A stretch of DNA of 64,000 nucleotides, from NCBI GenBank assembly GCA_963848295.1, contig CAWKDB010000010.1, forward strand, positions 2,400,001 through 2,464,000. The letters run 5' to 3'. The notes beneath the pieces were generated by a model. That model saw only the letters and a program-made list of their open reading frames with translations. It searched no databases and was not told the DNA's origin. The position numbers were made by a program, and so were the translations under genes. Origin of the DNA: an uncultured delta proteobacterium. GTDB taxonomy: Bacteria; Myxococcota_A; Polyangia; Haliangiales; Haliangiaceae. Of this stretch, positions 61,405-64,000 are shown piece by piece (the stretch's first letter is position 1; the number at the start of each line of letters is the position of its first letter).

Positions 61405-62910
61405 CTATTGGCGCCGGCGCGTGACCAGCAAGCCCAGGCCGATCAGCGCGAGACCGCCGAGCGCGCCGAGCCCGAGGCCCATCGCCTTGCCGCCGCCGGG
61501 CGGTTGCGCGAAGCCACCGCTACGGCCGCCGCCGCCGGTCGCACGGCGCACGCCGAGCTCTTTGATGTCGGCCTTGACCATGCTCGCCAGCGCGAGCCCG
61601 CCGCGCGGCGCGAACGCCACCTTCGTCGCCGCGATCACCTGGTTCGCGACGCCGTTCGGCGGACCGCCCCAGATGTTGCGCCGCGGGTTCTTGCACGCGA
61701 TCGGCCCGGTCCACGCATGCCGGATCGCGTAGCGCGCCTGGAAGTAGTTCTCCGCGCTCGCGATCGCTCCGGTCTCCAGCGCGCCGCTCGCGCCCATCTG
61801 CTCGCGCCCCCCGGTGATCGGCGTCGCCGCCTTGAACCGCAGGTCGTCCTTGATGTCGTCCTTGCTGTAGCGCGCGTGCAGCCGGGTCAACACGAAGTTG
61901 CCCGTCGCGATCTTGCCGCCCACCAGGTCGCCGCCGAGCGACATCAAGTCTTCCGGCGTCACGTCGAGCGTCGGGCACGGATCGCAGTGGTAGCCGTTCA
62001 TCGCGGTCCACGCGTACTCGGTCACGATCGACCGCGGGTTCACCTCCATCGTCTTGTCGAACAGCGCCGCGTAGAACTCCCCGAACCGCGACTTCACCGC
62101 GTCCTTCACGTCGAAGTTCGTCGGGATCGTCACGTTCTTGTAGTTCGCCACCTCGTAGCGCTTGTCCGGCGCCACGATGTTCACGATCAGATCTTGCTTG
62201 CCCGACGAGTTCGCCATCCCCAAGCGGATCGGCAGCTCGAACTCCTCGCTGTCGTACGAGAATCGCAGCGGCGACAGCGCCGCGTGCCCCGCCACCATCT
62301 GCACCTTCTTCGGATCGACCTTCGCCACGAAGAACTTCGACCCGCTCTCGACGTACGGCCGCAGCAGCGGCTCCGCGCCCCGCGGTATCTGATAGTGGTT
62401 CTCGGTCAGCCACCGCTCGAGCCCGGTCGAGTCCGTCGCCGACAGCACCAGGATCTTGTATTCGGCGACGTCGAACTTCGCCTCGATCTTCACCGTCGCC
62501 CGCTTCGGCGTCGCCATCGCGCCGTAGGCGCGACCCGACGGGGCGGCGCTCTCCACGTCGTCCTTGTCGTACTCGCGGTCGACGAAGCACGGATCCTGCT
62601 CCCAGTACTCGACGAGCCGCGGCGAACCGAGCGAGTCGACGTGCTCGAACACGCTCTTCGGCAGCGTCTTGACGTCCTTCTCGTGCAACACGACCGGCAC
62701 CGGCACGACCATCGCGAAGTCCGACAGCGGCCCTTTGTAGTCGTTCTGCATCGACAGCACGGTCTTCGTGCCATCGCGCATCAGCACGACCTGCGTCGCG
62801 TCCGCGAACATCTTGTCGCCCGAGCCGCTGACGTAGAACCCGCAAAAGGCGTGAGCAGCACTGGGCAGCGCGCACACGGCTGCGGCGATCGCGAGTCCGA
62901 ATCTGGTCAT
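61405..62910 (-). CDS. DUF2330 family secreted protein, copy 2 (intact)
   Basis: Same motifs as copy 1; C-terminal Gly linker, TM helix and RRR tail. Confidence 0.9.
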   Translation of the reverse strand: MTRFGLAIAAAVCALPSAAHAFCGFYVSGSGDKMFADATQVVLMRDGTKTVLSMQNDYKGPLSDFAMVVPVPVVLHEKDVKTLPKSVFEHVDSLGSPRLVEYWEQDPCFVDREYDKDDVESAAPSGRAYGAMATPKRATVKIEAKFDVAEYKILVLSATDSTGLERWLTENHYQIPRGAEPLLRPYVESGSKFFVAKVDPKKVQMVAGHAALSPLRFSYDSEEFELPIRLGMANSSGKQDLIVNIVAPDKRYEVANYKNVTIPTNFDVKDAVKSRFGEFYAALFDKTMEVNPRSIVTEYAWTAMNGYHCDPCPTLDVTPEDLMSLGGDLVGGKIATGNFVLTRLHARYSKDDIKDDLRFKAATPITGGREQMGASGALETGAIASAENYFQARYAIRHAWTGPIACKNPRRNIWGGPPNGVANQVIAATKVAFAPRGGLALASMVKADIKELGVRRATGGGGRSGGFAQPPGGGKAMGLGLGALGGLALIGLGLLVTRRRQ

Positions 62911-62952
62911 GGAGCCTCCACCCGGCACTAACGCACGACTCGGGCGTGCGAT

Positions 62953-63903
62953 CTAGGGCTCGGAGCCGCGCTTCGCGGACTCGGCCGGCGACCGATACTG
63001 TAGGTACGCGAGCCGCTTCGCTTCGCGCCGCACGTGCGCCACGAGATCGAGGATGAGGCCGGTCGCGAAGCACAGCACCGCGATCACGACGAGCCCGGTG
63101 CACAGGATCGCGGTCGGGACGCGAGGCACGAACCCGGTGCGCGCGTACTCGATGACAACCGGGATGCCAAGCGCGACCGCCACCGCGATGAACGTCCAAC
63201 CGACGAGCGCGAAGAACAGCAGCGGGCGTTCGTTGCGCAGCAAGTTCGTGATCGTCAGCAAGATCCGCCAACCATCACGGAACGTCCGGAGCTTGCTCGT
63301 CGAACCGGGCGGGCGCTCCTTGTAGTTCGTATCGACCTCCGCGATCGCCATCTTCATCTGCATCGCGTGGACCGTGAGCTCGGTCTCGATCTCGAACTCG
63401 CGCGACGACGACGGAAAGCTCTTCACGAACCGGCGCGAAAACACGCGATAGCCCGACAACATGTCGGCGAGCTGCGAGCCGAAGATCCGCCCGACCAGGC
63501 CGGTGAGCACGGCGTTGCCGAGGCGATGGCCGGCGCGATACGCCGCTTCGTGGGTCTCGACCCGCTTGCCGACGACCATGTCGAGGTTTTCGGTGACGAG
63601 CTTGGCGACGAGCTCGGGCGCGACCGTCGCGTCGTAGGTGTCGTCGCCGTCGACCATCACGTAGATGTCGGCTTCGATGTCCTGGAACATCCGGCGCACG
63701 ACGTTGCCCTTGCCCGGACGGCGCTCGCGGCGCACCACCGCGCCGGCGGCAGTCGCGACTTCGCTCGTCTTGTCGGTCGAGTTGTTGTCGTAGACGTAGA
63801 CCGTCGCGTCGGGCAACGCGGCGCGGAAGTCGGCGACCACCTTGCGAATCGCGACCTCTTCGTCGAGGCACGGCACGAGCACCGCGACGGTCGGGGCGGC
63901 CAC
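62953..63903 (-). CDS. GT2 polyprenol-phosphate glycosyltransferase (DPM-synthase-like) with C-terminal TMs
   Basis: VPCLDE, YDNNSTD, GKGNV, VDGDDTY, DMLSGYR, FEIETE, SKLRTFRDG. Confidence 0.92.
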   Translation of the reverse strand: MAAPTVAVLVPCLDEEVAIRKVVADFRAALPDATVYVYDNNSTDKTSEVATAAGAVVRRERRPGKGNVVRRMFQDIEADIYVMVDGDDTYDATVAPELVAKLVTENLDMVVGKRVETHEAAYRAGHRLGNAVLTGLVGRIFGSQLADMLSGYRVFSRRFVKSFPSSSREFEIETELTVHAMQMKMAIAEVDTNYKERPPGSTSKLRTFRDGWRILLTITNLLRNERPLLFFALVGWTFIAVAVALGIPVVIEYARTGFVPRVPTAILCTGLVVIAVLCFATGLILDLVAHVRREAKRLAYLQYRSPAESAKRGSEP

Positions 63904-64000
63904 TACAGCCCCCAGCTCTCGACGCGAAGGCCGTCAAAGGGCTCGAAGTGGTTCTTGTTAGCACTGACGAGCGTCGCGTCATTCACCGCCGCGATCGCCG
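63903..64000 (-). CDS. PIN-domain (VapC-like) toxin, C-terminal end (partial)
   Basis: Manual translation 'AIAAVNDATLVSANKNHFEPFDGLRVESWGL*' matches the VapC tail (TLVT.N..HF....GL.VE.W). Confidence 0.75.
   Translation of the reverse strand, partial: AIAAVNDATLVSANKNHFEPFDGLRVESWGL

Larger units (their letters stand above)
57440..62955. repeat. ~1.5 kb imperfect direct repeat (57440-58995 and 61405-62955) flanking the gmhA-rfaE2 and GT9 genes
   Basis: Long stretches identical by eye, with mostly synonymous differences elsewhere. Confidence 0.92.

Noticed and set aside
57440..62910. Diversity-generating retroelement (TR/VR pair)
   Set aside because: No reverse transcriptase in the window; the differences are mostly synonymous and not adenine-specific; both copies are whole genes.

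Overview
High-GC (about 70% by eye) bacterial DNA, most likely Myxococcota (Kofleriaceae/Haliangiales-like). The taxonomy is inferred from a tandem PilZ protein, a MerR-TPR protein, DUF2330 proteins and 'ACGDN' lipoboxes. Positions 1-14 kb carry housekeeping and regulatory genes: PBP1A N-terminus, a degenerate MBL/beta-CASP protein, PilZ, GspC-like PDZ, pspA, uppS, cdsA, MerR-TPR, an NtrC-type regulator and gshB. Positions 14-64 kb form a very large cell-surface glycan locus. It contains rmlABCD, rffA/wecE, a split ADP-heptose pathway with a GmhA-RfaE2 fusion, two GtrB/DPM-like GT2s, two UPF0104 flippase-like proteins, two methyltransferases, about nine diverse GT-C-type membrane proteins, and an adenylation/ACP/FabH/SDR/AAC(3)/GNAT/2OG-oxygenase sugar-tailoring module. 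The 24-39 kb block looks lower in GC and is rich in frameshifts, which may be sequencing error. Notable structure: (1) an AbiE toxin-antitoxin fragment bounded by two CTAG stop codons; (2) two near-identical DUF2330 genes flanking heptose genes, with an exchanged 28-codon segment and an upstream motif anchored on unrelated TAG stops; (3) a vapC end coupled to a GT2. I saw no rRNA, tRNA, CRISPR array, transposase or integrase. All calls come from reading motifs by eye; no searches were run.
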